A stretch of DNA of 64,000 bases, taken from Planctomycetota bacterium. GTDB lineage: Bacteria > Planctomycetota > Phycisphaerae > UBA1845. This document shows, piece after piece, positions 18,770 through 28,487 of this stretch. Position 1 is the stretch's first letter; every line of letters starts with the position of its first letter. The stretch spans positions 22,277 to 86,276 of the forward strand of contig JACQFE010000049.1 of assembly GCA_016200265.1 (NCBI GenBank), given 5' to 3'. The notes below the pieces were generated by a model. That model searched no databases, had not been told where the DNA came from, and saw only the letters and a program-made list of their open reading frames with translations. The position numbers were made by a program, and so were the translations under genes.

Positions 18770-19780
18770 CTACCCACTCCCGTAGTGGTCCCAGATCAGA
18801 TTCTTGAGGTTGAACAAAGCATGGATGAGAATCGGGGCGATGAGGCCACCGGCTCGTTCATATGCATACCCCAGCAACACTCCCAGGAACATCAGCGCGG
18901 GCACAACGTGGGGCTGACCAATGTGGACAGCACCGAATGCGATCGACGCGAGTACAATCGCGACCCACCGGTTTTGCAGAAGATTGATTATCGTCGCTTG
19001 CAAGAGTCCGCGAAAGAAGAATTCCTCAGCCACCGGAGCCACAATCATGGCCCCCAGCCAGAGTCCCGTATTCAACCATGGCGACTGAATCTCATGCAGC
19101 GCCGAAAGCGTGGGATGCGCCGGCGGCTTGAACGCCGGCTGAAATTGGTGAATGATCCAGACCGTCGCGTCGGCGATGTGCGGCGTGATCACCAGGGCGA
19201 GAATGCACATTGCACCGATCCGGAGCGCCGAAATGCGAAGCCTGCGTTCCGGCGCTCCAAGCACAAATTCTTCCATGCCGCCCGCAAACCGCTTCGAGGC
19301 CATCACCATGCATGCCAGAATTCCAACGACATGAGCGCCGTTTCCAACAATCATCGTCGCCCGCGCATCATTGGCCGACGGTGTCGCGATCGCAAACAAA
19401 GCAGAAAGTGCAAGTGCCGCGACCATGTAGATTACGACCACCAAAAGAACGTCAGTTTCGTGCAGGCGCTTGGATCGGGCGCGTGCGTGGCGGATTGGAT
19501 CGCGACGGCCGGCTCGTCGCCACTCGAATCCGGCGTATACCACGATCAGAAACGCGGCCACTTCGAGGCCGAGATCGATTGCTTCAAGTGGTTCCGGCAA
19601 CGCGACGGTTGTTTCAATCCGATCCGCGCCAATACGACTCGCAATCGTTGATGGCGGCGCTGATTGTCCCAGGCCGATCAGGATTGACGCGACAGTGACA
19701 TGAATCATCGCAGGCAATATATTGCGGCCTGGTTCGCGTGGAAACTGACGGCCAAATGAATTGGGATTTCTGCGATGCAA
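18770..19780 (-). CDS. CPBP-family intramembrane glutamic endopeptidase (CAAX protease-like)
   Basis: Polytopic. Motifs PVAEEFFFRGLLQ, FGAVH and HALFN are present. The start is uncertain; MIHVTVAS at 19708 would avoid a 5' overlap with the divergent gene. Confidence 0.75.
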   Translation of the reverse strand: MHRRNPNSFGRQFPREPGRNILPAMIHVTVASILIGLGQSAPPSTIASRIGADRIETTVALPEPLEAIDLGLEVAAFLIVVYAGFEWRRAGRRDPIRHARARSKRLHETDVLLVVVIYMVAALALSALFAIATPSANDARATMIVGNGAHVVGILACMVMASKRFAGGMEEFVLGAPERRLRISALRIGAMCILALVITPHIADATVWIIHQFQPAFKPPAHPTLSALHEIQSPWLNTGLWLGAMIVAPVAEEFFFRGLLQATIINLLQNRWVAIVLASIAFGAVHIGQPHVVPALMFLGVLLGYAYERAGGLIAPILIHALFNLKNLIWDHYGSG

Positions 19781-20416
19781 GAAGGCGAAAGAGTTCTGGT
19801 GATCGAGCGCTCAGTTTTCGAGAGCGTCGGCGCGTTTCAGGGATTGTCTCGCGAGGTGGACCGCTATCTTGACCGTTTTTTCGTGGCCGATGTGCCACGC
19901 TTCATGCCGCGCGATCAGGCTGAACTCAATCCGTCATTCAAGCAACTCATCCCTTATGTCATCCTTCGCTATGAGCGATCGGTTGTGAGCTATGTTCGCG
20001 GAACACAGGCCGGCGAAAAGCGGCTCGTCGGGCGGCGATCGATCGGCATCGGCGGGCATATCAATCCGATTGATGACATGCCCTTGTTCGGCGCGGATTT
20101 CCGCGACGCCTATTTCTCGGCGGTGCAGCGAGAAGTGGCGGAAGAGGTCATACTCGATGCGAAACATGAAGAATGCATCGTCGCGTTGTTGAACGATGAT
20201 TCCACGGAAGTTGGCCGCGTTCACTTAGGGGTGGTGCATATATGGGACTTGAATCGGCCCGCGGTTCGCAAGCGGGAACAGATGATGACGCAACTCGAGT
20301 TTCTTACGCTGGAGACGCTGCGTGCTCGCCGGGAAGAACTGGAAAGCTGGTCACAGTTGTGTCTGGACTATCTTGACTCAGTTGAAACCAGGGTGTCGCA
20401 CACTGCGACAACGTAG
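19775..20416 (+). CDS. NUDIX-fold hydrolase-like protein
   Basis: Has FKQLIPYVILRY...GEKRLVGRRSIGIGGHI...QREVAEEV, a Nudix-box-like REVAEEV. The function is unknown. Confidence 0.5.
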   Translation: MQEGERVLVIERSVFESVGAFQGLSREVDRYLDRFFVADVPRFMPRDQAELNPSFKQLIPYVILRYERSVVSYVRGTQAGEKRLVGRRSIGIGGHINPIDDMPLFGADFRDAYFSAVQREVAEEVILDAKHEECIVALLNDDSTEVGRVHLGVVHIWDLNRPAVRKREQMMTQLEFLTLETLRARREELESWSQLCLDYLDSVETRVSHTATT

Positions 20417-21221
20417 TTTCAATTGTTTCGAAGCGGAATTCTTTGAGGAGCCGTGTAAGGCGAACTACGAAAGCCGTGCGACCAAGGCCTTGGTGAATGC
20501 GCGTCCGCCACGGAATTCGAATCGGCAGCGATTGCAACTCATTCGGGTTTAATTCATAGGGGTGCATGTAGAAAATCGCCGGATGGCCGGCGCGATTTGC
20601 CTGCAACGCGGCGCGTTTCAACAGGCCGTAAGGCCAAAAGCGAAAATACCCGCCGCCACCCGTGGGCAGCCTCATGCCGCAGACCTTTGTCGTTGCCACG
20701 GGAAGTTCCAGAATGCTGCCGTGTTCCAATGCCACGCGAAACGCATGTGCCGGAACGCCGGTGATTCCGTACCGTCTCATTCGGATCGGAAAAATCGATG
20801 AGTCGTAAGTGAAACCGCATTCATTCAGGATATCCAATGCCCAGAGCGTCTCTCGCGTGATCGAGAATCCGGGCGCTCGGTAGCCGGTGATTGGTGCGCA
20901 AATCAAATCTTCGATCAGGCATTTCGAGCGAAGCACGTCCTGACGAAACTGCTCCGGTGTCTGCGTGGAAATCAACCGATGGCCGAACCCGTGACTTTGG
21001 ATTTCGTGACCTCCGGCGAGAATTTCTCGAATCAGCTCCGGCGACTTTTCCGCACATAGTCCAAGCACGAAAAACGTGGCTTTCGCATCATGATCGGCAA
21101 GCGATTGCAGCAGGCGATGCGTATTACGAATGAAGTGATCGGTCAGCGGCGCATCCGGGTCATATACGGATTGAATCCAGTCTTCGAGATCCACTGTCAG
21201 TACGTTGAATGGAAAAGTCAT
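20304..21221 (-). CDS. polysaccharide deacetylase, DUF3473 / PEP-CTERM-locus type
   Basis: ORF 20304..21305. The probable start MTFPFNVLTVDLEDW (21221) lies just after the upstream stop. Has ATFFVLG, HEIQSHGFGH and a C-terminal DUF3473-like region (GGGYFRFWPY). Confidence 0.8.
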   Translation of the reverse strand: MTFPFNVLTVDLEDWIQSVYDPDAPLTDHFIRNTHRLLQSLADHDAKATFFVLGLCAEKSPELIREILAGGHEIQSHGFGHRLISTQTPEQFRQDVLRSKCLIEDLICAPITGYRAPGFSITRETLWALDILNECGFTYDSSIFPIRMRRYGITGVPAHAFRVALEHGSILELPVATTKVCGMRLPTGGGGYFRFWPYGLLKRAALQANRAGHPAIFYMHPYELNPNELQSLPIRIPWRTRIHQGLGRTAFVVRLTRLLKEFRFETIETTLSQCATPWFQLSQDSPDTTVTSFPVLPGEHAASPA

Positions 21222-21240
21222 AGTTGTAATTTCATACAAC

Positions 21241-22248
21241 TCACGATGCAATGCCACCAAGCGCAAGTAGCTCGTGTCGATCAGCATGCGTTTCGCACAA
21301 TTCATGACGAAGCCATGACACGAATCGCCCTATGCCTATTGAGAATTCCGTCATCGGTTCGTAACCAAGTTCGCGTTGAGCAAGCGTCAAATCCGCACAC
21401 GTGTGAGTGACATCGCCTGCTTGTCGAGGGCAGCGATTAACGATTGCTCTCTTGCCGAGTGCGCATTCCAAGGTTGCAACGAGGGAATTTACAGTGACGG
21501 GCCGCGATTCACCTAGATTGTAAAGGTGCCATCCTTCGCAGCGATCCATTGCCCGTCGAACACCATCGACCATGTCGTCGATGTAAGTGAAATCGCGAGC
21601 CATTGTCCCATTGCCGAAGACAGGCACTGGTTCTCCGCGTTCGATCAATCGGGCAAACTTATGAATCGCGAGATCAGGTCGTTGCCGCGGCCCATAAACC
21701 GTGAAAAACCGGAGGCACGTGATATTCATGCCATGGATTGAATGATACGTGTGGCACAATAGCTCACCTGCTCGCTTCATCGCGGCATAGGGAGAAATGG
21801 GGTTGTCCACGGAATCCGATTCGCGAAACGCACCGCCGGCACGATCGCCATAAACGCTGGAGCTGCTTGCGAATATGAACTTGCAGCTTGGATGATTGCG
21901 GCACTCCTCCAAAAGCTGCATGGTGCCGCGAACATTCACCTCACAATAAAGCAGCGGTTGCTCGATGGATGGCCGGACGCCGGCTCTGGCCGCAAGATGC
22001 ACGATGCAATCAGGCTCGCACGAGAATGCATCACAAACCACGGCGGCATCGCGAATGTCTCCCTCGATCAATTGAAATTGTGAATGGCCGAGCGCACCGG
22101 CGATGTTGCGGCGTTTGATCGCCGAATCATAGAAATCATCGAAGTTGTCCAGGCCGACAACTTCACATCCGTCGCGCAAGAGTGCGTCGCAAAGATGCGA
22201 TCCAATGAACCCGGCCGCCCCAGTGACAAGTACACAACGATTTGGCAT
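21241..22248 (-). CDS. NAD-dependent sugar-nucleotide epimerase (UDP-glucuronate 4-epimerase-like, extended SDR)
   Basis: Has VLVTGAAGFIGSHLCDALL, ...SSSSVYG and a YAAMK catalytic Tyr/Lys. It is adjacent to ugd. Confidence 0.8.
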   Translation of the reverse strand: MPNRCVLVTGAAGFIGSHLCDALLRDGCEVVGLDNFDDFYDSAIKRRNIAGALGHSQFQLIEGDIRDAAVVCDAFSCEPDCIVHLAARAGVRPSIEQPLLYCEVNVRGTMQLLEECRNHPSCKFIFASSSSVYGDRAGGAFRESDSVDNPISPYAAMKRAGELLCHTYHSIHGMNITCLRFFTVYGPRQRPDLAIHKFARLIERGEPVPVFGNGTMARDFTYIDDMVDGVRRAMDRCEGWHLYNLGESRPVTVNSLVATLECALGKRAIVNRCPRQAGDVTHTCADLTLAQRELGYEPMTEFSIGIGRFVSWLRHELCETHADRHELLALGGIAS

Positions 22249-22320
22249 TGGTCAAATTACCGAATTTTGAGGTCACAATCGCCTCAAATGGATATCGGTA
22301 ATTCGGTTGTGCTGTGGAAG

Positions 22321-23655
22321 TTATCGAGTGGGAGCAGCGTCGTCCGGTGGCACAGTGGGTCGCCCGATGCAAACATACTGAAACCCCTTACGAGCCATCG
22401 AGCCGGGATCGTAGAGGTTCCGACCGTCAAAGATCACACGATGCTTGAGCTTGGACGCAATCATGTCGAAGTCCGGCGTCTTGAATTTCGCCCAGTCCGT
22501 GAAAATGACAAGGGCGTCCGCCCCATCCAGGGCGTCATACCCATCATCGAAATACTTGACTGAATCACCAAGCTCCGATCGAGCGGTGGCATTCGCCTCT
22601 GGATCATGGACATGGACGCGAATGCCATGTTCGAGAAACATGCGGATGGCCGCGATCGCGGGCGACTCCCGCACGTCGTCAGTCTTTGCCTTGAATGCAA
22701 GTCCCCAAACTCCCAGAGCGATCCCTTTCGCTTTCGTTCCGAAGTGTGCGATGATTTTCTGGGCGAAGAGGCGGCGCTGACGCAAATTGGCCTCCTGAGC
22801 GGCCGCCGTCAGAAGCATTGGAAAATCCACTGAATTCCCCATCGAGACCAATGCACTTACATCCTTGGGGAAGCAAGAGCCGCCATATCCCACGCCGGGA
22901 TAAAGGAATGCATTGCCGATTCGAGAGTCGGAGCCAATGCCCCGGCGAATGTGTTCCACATCACCGCCAAACCGTTCACACAGTTCGGCCATTTCATTGA
23001 TGAACGAAATGCGCAAGGCGAGCATGGCGTTGGCCGCATACTTGGTAAGCTCCGCACTGGCAGGATCCATGACGAAGATGCGCTCATCGCGACGAAGAAA
23101 CGGTGCATAGAGCTCGCGCATGATCTCCCCGGCGGCCAGATTGCTCACCCCGATTACCACGCGATCGGGCTTGGTGAAGTCATCGATGGCCGCGCCTTCC
23201 TTCAGGAATTCCGGATTGCTCACATAGTCAAACGGATGGTCCGTGTTCTCGCGAAGGGTCTTGCTGACGAGAGCGTGCGTTCCGACGGGAACCGTGCTTT
23301 TCATTACCACAACGCGGTAGCCGTCCATGGATTTGGCGATCGTGGTGGCCGAAGCGAGAATTCCGGACAAATCCGCCGATCCATCCGCCGATTGCGGAGT
23401 GCCTACGGCAATGAACACCACTCTTGATTGCCGAACTGCGGCGGCCAACTCTGTTGTGAACACGATTCTTCCGTTGCGCTGATTGCGTTGCACAATCTCG
23501 GACAGACCCGGCTCGTAAATCGGGACTTCACCCTTTTTGAGCCGCGCGATCTTGGCCTCATCGCAATCCACGCAAATCACGCGATTGCCCGAGTCCGCGA
23601 AGCAAGCGCCCGCGACGAGACCAACGTAACCAGTTCCGATGACCGCAAGATTCAT
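22321..23655 (-). CDS. ugd: UDP-glucose 6-dehydrogenase
   Basis: ORF 22321..23745. The true start is likely MNLAVIGTGYVGLVAGACFA (23655). Has the catalytic GGSCFPKD. The upstream 30 codons are repeat-derived (IGNWKF). Confidence 0.9.
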   Translation of the reverse strand: MNLAVIGTGYVGLVAGACFADSGNRVICVDCDEAKIARLKKGEVPIYEPGLSEIVQRNQRNGRIVFTTELAAAVRQSRVVFIAVGTPQSADGSADLSGILASATTIAKSMDGYRVVVMKSTVPVGTHALVSKTLRENTDHPFDYVSNPEFLKEGAAIDDFTKPDRVVIGVSNLAAGEIMRELYAPFLRRDERIFVMDPASAELTKYAANAMLALRISFINEMAELCERFGGDVEHIRRGIGSDSRIGNAFLYPGVGYGGSCFPKDVSALVSMGNSVDFPMLLTAAAQEANLRQRRLFAQKIIAHFGTKAKGIALGVWGLAFKAKTDDVRESPAIAAIRMFLEHGIRVHVHDPEANATARSELGDSVKYFDDGYDALDGADALVIFTDWAKFKTPDFDMIASKLKHRVIFDGRNLYDPGSMARKGFQYVCIGRPTVPPDDAAPTR

Positions 23656-23680
23656 AAGTGTGGAGTTTCGAAGGACAACG

Positions 23681-23762
23681 AATTTCCAATTTCCGATTTC
23701 CAATTTCCGATTGAAATCGCTCGCACGAAAATTGGCAATCGGCAATTGGCGATCGGCAATTT
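23681..23762. repeat. short periodic and inverted repeat element (aatttccgattt / aattggcaatcggcaatt type)
   Basis: aatttccaatttccgatttccaatttccgatt (23681-23712) faces aaattggcaatcggcaattggcgatcggcaattt (23728-23762) as an imperfect inverted repeat. A related gcaaatcggcaattggaaattggcaatttt lies at 58565-58598. Confidence 0.7.
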
Positions 23763-23776
23763 ATATTCCCCGACGC

Positions 23777-24895
23777 TCATGATTTTGTCGCCACAAATGC
23801 CTCGATCACGCTCACGATTCGTTCCGCCGCCCGGCCATCCCACAACTCCGGAGCTCGCAATTCGCGCGACGCGCCCGAAGTTGCCTCGTGATAGCCTCGC
23901 AAAATGCCGTCCGTCGTCGTGCCGGTCAGCCGATTCGTGCCTAGCGTAATGGTAATCGGTCGTTCCGTGTTCGCACGCAAGGTCAAACACGGCACACCGA
24001 GAATCGTCGTTTCCTCCTGCACGCCGCCCGAATCGGTCAAAACAACGCTGGCATCGGCCATCAGCTTCATGAAATCCAGATACCCCAGCGGCTCGATCAG
24101 CTTCAAATTCGTACATTCCGCGAGCCGCCGCGACAGGCCCATCTCGCCGAGACTGTGCCGCGTCCGCGGGTGCATCGGAAACACGACCGGCATGTTCTGA
24201 GCGATCGTCTCCAGCGCCGCCAGAATCGGCCCGAACGTCTCTTTCCCATCTACGTTGCTGGGGCGATGCAAGGTCACTGCCGCGTAGCCTTTGGATCGCA
24301 ATTCCAGCGTATTGAGGATTGTCGATTTGGCCGCCCGGTCGCGACACTTCAGAAGCGCGTCGATCATCACATTGCCGACGAAATGAACTCGCTCCGGGGC
24401 GACGCCTTCGCGGCGAAGATTTTCGACGCCACTTGGCTCACTCACAAACAATAGATCACTGATCGCGTCGGTAAGCACGCGATTGATTTCCTCCGGCATC
24501 GCGCGATCAAAGCTCCGCAAACCGGCCTCAACGTGCGCGACTTTCACGCCCAATTTCACCGCCACCAGCGCGCATGCGATTGTGCTGTTCACATCGCCGA
24601 CGACGACCACCCAATCGGGCTTCTGGTCAATACACACCGGCTCGAATCGTTTCATAATCTCGGCCGTCTGCACCGCCTGCGAGCCGGAGCCGACTTCGAG
24701 GTTTACGTCGGGCCGCGGAATCCGCAGCTCCTCGAAAAACAAATGGCTCATCTTGTCGTCATAATGCTGCCCGGTGTGGACGAGATACGGTTTTGAGCCC
24801 GGCGTCCGCGAAATGGCATCCACCAGCGGCGCGATCTTCATGAAGTTGGGCCGCGCCCCGCAAACGCACAGAATTTTCAGCATGCGATTGCTCAT
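23777..24895 (-). CDS. wecB: UDP-N-acetylglucosamine 2-epimerase (non-hydrolysing)
   Basis: Has MLKILCVCGARPNFMKIAPL and ...LTDSGGVQEETTILGVPCLTLRANTERP. Confidence 0.9.
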   Translation of the reverse strand: MSNRMLKILCVCGARPNFMKIAPLVDAISRTPGSKPYLVHTGQHYDDKMSHLFFEELRIPRPDVNLEVGSGSQAVQTAEIMKRFEPVCIDQKPDWVVVVGDVNSTIACALVAVKLGVKVAHVEAGLRSFDRAMPEEINRVLTDAISDLLFVSEPSGVENLRREGVAPERVHFVGNVMIDALLKCRDRAAKSTILNTLELRSKGYAAVTLHRPSNVDGKETFGPILAALETIAQNMPVVFPMHPRTRHSLGEMGLSRRLAECTNLKLIEPLGYLDFMKLMADASVVLTDSGGVQEETTILGVPCLTLRANTERPITITLGTNRLTGTTTDGILRGYHEATSGASRELRAPELWDGRAAERIVSVIEAFVATKS

Positions 24896-25067
24896 GCAAA
24901 TGTCACGCCGCGACGATACGGCGAGGCCGTTGAATGGTTCTTTTCCGAGCCGCGCCCGTAAGGGGTCGCAATCTTGGCATCAACAGCCGCTATATCATTC
25001 GCCGGCCGATAACTCGGTATTGAATATCCGAAAATCGCCATTCCCAGTATTATCGACCCTATAATCG

Positions 25068-25751
25068 GTGTCCTCAAATGACGGAAATCAAGCGATGAGA
25101 CGCCTTTGGACGGCCTTCCGTTGGACCACGCGCCGCGCGGCGCCCATTCTTTCGTCACTTCTTGCAACGATCATGCTCGTTGTTGGCGTGTGGAGCATCT
25201 TCTCGCCTGTCTATTTTGAATGGGGAAGTGAAAGTAAGAACTTGATTTATTCTTACTCGGGCGATGGCCTTTTCCGAATAGTGTGGCTCCGAAGTGACAA
25301 GCCGCTCCAACTCATACCAGGGCCGAGCATAGAACGTTCGCATACTGACAAGTTCTATCGCGACTACCGTAACGTCACAATTGAAACCACCGTAGGATTC
25401 GACTATTTGCCCCTTACGATGCGCCAGCCAACACCGAGTGTCTTACGCCAAGTTACTGGCAGTTGGATCTCTGCTTATTTCGATATTCAGTTGAAAACCA
25501 CGATGGCCTTCATGTCAATGAATGGGAGCAGCTTACCTATATCTCGCTCGTCCCTTCGCGCGCCTTTCTGGGCCTTGATTCCTTTATTGTATGTCAGTCC
25601 CTATCTCATGTTTATCTACGCTCCCGCTCGCAGGCGAAGGCGCCGCCGTCGCGGACTTTGCGTTCAATGCGCCTACGACTTGCGCGGCAACATTTCGGGA
25701 AGATGCTCGGAATGTGGAACGGGGACCGACTCGAAAGTCGGTCCCACATGA
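25068..25751 (+). CDS. membrane protein with poly-Arg and a C-terminal CxxC...CxxC zinc-ribbon-like tail
   Basis: Has an N-terminal TM segment, a ~150-aa domain and a second TM. The tail is ARRRRRRRGLCVQCAYDLRGNISGRCSECG, a motif recurrent in planctomycete-type hypothetical proteins. Confidence 0.5.
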   Translation: MSSNDGNQAMRRLWTAFRWTTRRAAPILSSLLATIMLVVGVWSIFSPVYFEWGSESKNLIYSYSGDGLFRIVWLRSDKPLQLIPGPSIERSHTDKFYRDYRNVTIETTVGFDYLPLTMRQPTPSVLRQVTGSWISAYFDIQLKTTMAFMSMNGSSLPISRSSLRAPFWALIPLLYVSPYLMFIYAPARRRRRRRRGLCVQCAYDLRGNISGRCSECGTGTDSKVGPT

Positions 25752-26005
25752 AACGCAAAGCCGGTCCCGCATTGGCTGCACAAAGACGAAAGCGCAGATA
25801 ACGCGGATTCTTGTAGGGCGGGCTCTGCCCGCCGCGAATAATTGTCACTCATGCGAGATTTCGGCGCGAGGCTTGTCGGGCAAAGAGAGCTTGGGTGCTC
25901 GAATCCTTCGTGATTGTCTCTCTGCTCGTTTGGCGATCCACTTTGGTGTTGGCAACGATCACACCGGCGATAATCATCATCGGAGCGAACGACAATGTGC
26001 GTAAA

Positions 26006-27733
26006 TCACGCGCCGCGTTTGCGGGCGATGAGCTTACGAAGCTCATTGTAGTTTACGCAGTTGGCGATGGATTGTTTGGTCGCGCCCGCGCGGCGGGCGG
26101 TGACGATGCCCAGGCGCATCTGATCGAGCTGGTCGGTGGAGTGGGCGTCGGTGTTGATGGTGAGGGTGCCGCCTGCAGCGAGGGCCATTTGCGCGTGTTC
26201 GTCTTTCAAATCCAATCGCTGCCAACTCGCATTGATTTCAAGGCATGTTCCGTTCTTCGCGGCGGCTGCGACAACCCTTGGCATGTCGATTTCCATCGGC
26301 GGACGGCGATTGATGAGCCGACCGGTGGGATGCCCGATGGCGCAAACGTAGCGATTCTCGATGGCGGCGAGCGTGCGTTCCGTGGGATTCAGTTTCGCCG
26401 CCGGTCCAGTGGCGCGGGCGTGCGCGCTGGCGACGACCCAATCGCACTTGGCAAGAATTTCGTCGGGATAGTCGAGCTGGCCATCGAGAAGAATGTCGCA
26501 TTCGCATCCCAACAGGATATGAATGCCCGGCTTGGCCCTTGCCACTCGACGAATCCCCTCGATGTGCTGTTCCATTCGCTCGATCGACAGCCCGTTGGCG
26601 ATAGTGCTGCTCTTGGAGTGATCGCAAATGGCGATGAATTCGTAACCCCTCATTTGTGCGGCGGCGGCCATTTCTTCGATCGAGTTTCTTCCGTCGCTGG
26701 CGACGGTATGCATGTGCAGGTCGCCGCGAATGTCATCGAGTGAAACGAGATCGGCAGGCAGTCGGTCGAGTTCGCCGCGATCTTCACGCAGTTCGGGAGG
26801 AACAAATGGTAACCCCAATTTCGCGTAAATCGCTTCTTCGCTTTCCCCTACGAGTCGATTGGTGCCTTCAAATAGCCCGTATTCATTCAGCGACCATTTG
26901 CAGGCGATGGCCCGCTCACGGAGTCGAATGTTGTGCTCTTTGGAACCTGTAAAGGACATCAGGCCGGCCCCGAACGATTCGGTTGGAATTGCCCGCAGAT
27001 CAACCTGGATTTCGCCGCCTTCCGGCAGTTTGATGGTGACCGATCCCTTGGTTTCGCCGGCTGCCAGAACGCGTCGAACGTCGGAGAGTGAGGTGAATTC
27101 CTTGATGGCCTTTTCACCCTGATCGGTTTCGCAAAGGATGTCGATGTCGGCCACGGTTTCCTTGCCGCGACGAAGCGAGCCGGCGATTTCGACCCGGCGG
27201 ACGCCGCTGAGATAGCGGATGCGTTCGGCCAAGGCTTCGGCAAGCGGGAGAGCGATCCCGAGCGGCACTCGCCCGCCACCACTTTCAATGAACTGAATAC
27301 CCTCAGCGATCTTTTTTGCAGTTGCATCACCCAAGCCTGGAATCTCTGCGAGTTTTCCTGATTCGATCGCTGTTTTCAGACCTGCTAAATCTGTGACGCC
27401 AAGTTTTTCATGGATCAGGGCGGCTTTCTTGGGCCCTAAACCGGGCATGGCGAGAAGAGTCGGCAGCCAGGTGGGGACTTTTTGTTCAAGCGTTTCGAGT
27501 TCGGCCAGTCGGCCGGTGCTCACCAACTCAGCGATTCGTCCGGCGATGCCTTTGCCGACACCTGGTATTTCCGTAAGTCGGTTTTGGTTTGCTAAGACCG
27601 TCAGATCATCCTTGAAATCACGAATTGACCGAACCGCTCGGCGGTAGGAATTCACTCGGAACGCTTCCACCCCGTCGAGTTCCATGAGATCGGCAAGCTT
27701 TTCCAGCATTTCGATGATGGCTTCATTTGTCAT
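26006..27733 (-). CDS. polX: family X DNA polymerase with C-terminal PHP 3'-5' exonuclease domain (PolX)
   Basis: HhH N-terminus (MTNEAIIEMLEKLADLMELDGVEAFRVNSYRRAVRSI), a Pol-beta palm (GSLRRGKETVADIDIL) and a PHP domain (DLHMHTVASDG). Confidence 0.9.
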   Translation of the reverse strand: MTNEAIIEMLEKLADLMELDGVEAFRVNSYRRAVRSIRDFKDDLTVLANQNRLTEIPGVGKGIAGRIAELVSTGRLAELETLEQKVPTWLPTLLAMPGLGPKKAALIHEKLGVTDLAGLKTAIESGKLAEIPGLGDATAKKIAEGIQFIESGGGRVPLGIALPLAEALAERIRYLSGVRRVEIAGSLRRGKETVADIDILCETDQGEKAIKEFTSLSDVRRVLAAGETKGSVTIKLPEGGEIQVDLRAIPTESFGAGLMSFTGSKEHNIRLRERAIACKWSLNEYGLFEGTNRLVGESEEAIYAKLGLPFVPPELREDRGELDRLPADLVSLDDIRGDLHMHTVASDGRNSIEEMAAAAQMRGYEFIAICDHSKSSTIANGLSIERMEQHIEGIRRVARAKPGIHILLGCECDILLDGQLDYPDEILAKCDWVVASAHARATGPAAKLNPTERTLAAIENRYVCAIGHPTGRLINRRPPMEIDMPRVVAAAAKNGTCLEINASWQRLDLKDEHAQMALAAGGTLTINTDAHSTDQLDQMRLGIVTARRAGATKQSIANCVNYNELRKLIARKRGA

Positions 27734-27805
27734 TCGCTCATTTTAAACGAGAATCAATCGCGAAGCTTGAGAGTCAATTGCGATTTCTGGATAGGTAACA
27801 ATTGT

Positions 27806-27833
27806 ATTATAGGACGTTAACTTGCCGAATCAA
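27806..27833 (-). promoter_or_regulatory. sigma70-like promoter candidate for polX
   Basis: On the minus strand the region reads TTGATT (27833-27828), a 16-nt spacer, then TATAAT (27811-27806). It lies ~70 nt upstream of the polX ATG in an AT-rich gap. Confidence 0.4.
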
Positions 27834-28122
27834 TTTTAGGGCTATATTTTTTTGCGTGTTCAGTCCGATAGGAGTGGTCTAGCTGATACTAATGCAAGAG
27901 CTGCTTGGCGAATCCGGCACTTGATCCGGGAATCGAAATAAGTACACTCTGGCGGCTTTGAGGCAACTCGCACCTTCGGGCAGAGGTCAACTGCTCGATG
28001 ACGTCGCCCGGCGCGGGCGAGAAAGTGCGGGACAGATAGCGCAAATTGCAAAAGTCTTTGTTCGCGCGGTTAGGTTCCGCGCGTTGGTTTCGTTGTTCGA
28101 CTTTTTTCGGAGACGCAAAACT

Positions 28123-28332
28123 ATGGCACGTAAACTTTCTCGGCTTGCAGCGGTTGGCATGTTCAGTGTTTGCACCCTACTTTCCAGCGGTTGCTCACTT
28201 AGCAGCCTGGGAACGAACACTTGGGCCGGCTTCGGGTACGGACTCGGCGGGATTCCGGGACAGATTATCGGCAACCTCATCATTGCGCCGCTTCTGGCCC
28301 AGTTCCTGGGAACGGGCACTACCACCACGTGA
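28123..28332 (+). CDS. small lipoprotein with Gly-rich hydrophobic tail
   Basis: Internal start MARKLSRLAAVGMFSVCTLLSSGC (lipobox) within ORF 27958..28332; 69 aa. Confidence 0.4.
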   Translation: MARKLSRLAAVGMFSVCTLLSSGCSLSSLGTNTWAGFGYGLGGIPGQIIGNLIIAPLLAQFLGTGTTTT

Positions 28333-28487
28333 GGTTGATCGGGTTTTGGCGACGAACTTTGAACCGCGCCCAATTCGCTACGGGTTTGCGGTCGCTGAGA
28401 GATTCTTTATTTTTGGAATGATGGTGGGCCGTAGTCTGGGTAGAGGTTCAGATTCGGTCGCGAGTAAGCAATTAAGGAGACATTTGC

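Noticed and set aside
20304-20416. A 113-nt convergent 3'-3' overlap between the NUDIX-like ORF and the polysaccharide deacetylase ORF.
   Set aside because: It is probably real but unremarkable. Both tails are non-conserved-looking extensions, so either stop could be the result of drift. There is no evidence for antisense regulation.
23681-23762. Short periodic repeats that might be mistaken for a CRISPR array. The same applies to 58461-58598.
   Set aside because: The units are 6-12 nt with no unique spacers of 25-40 nt, and no cas genes are present in the window.
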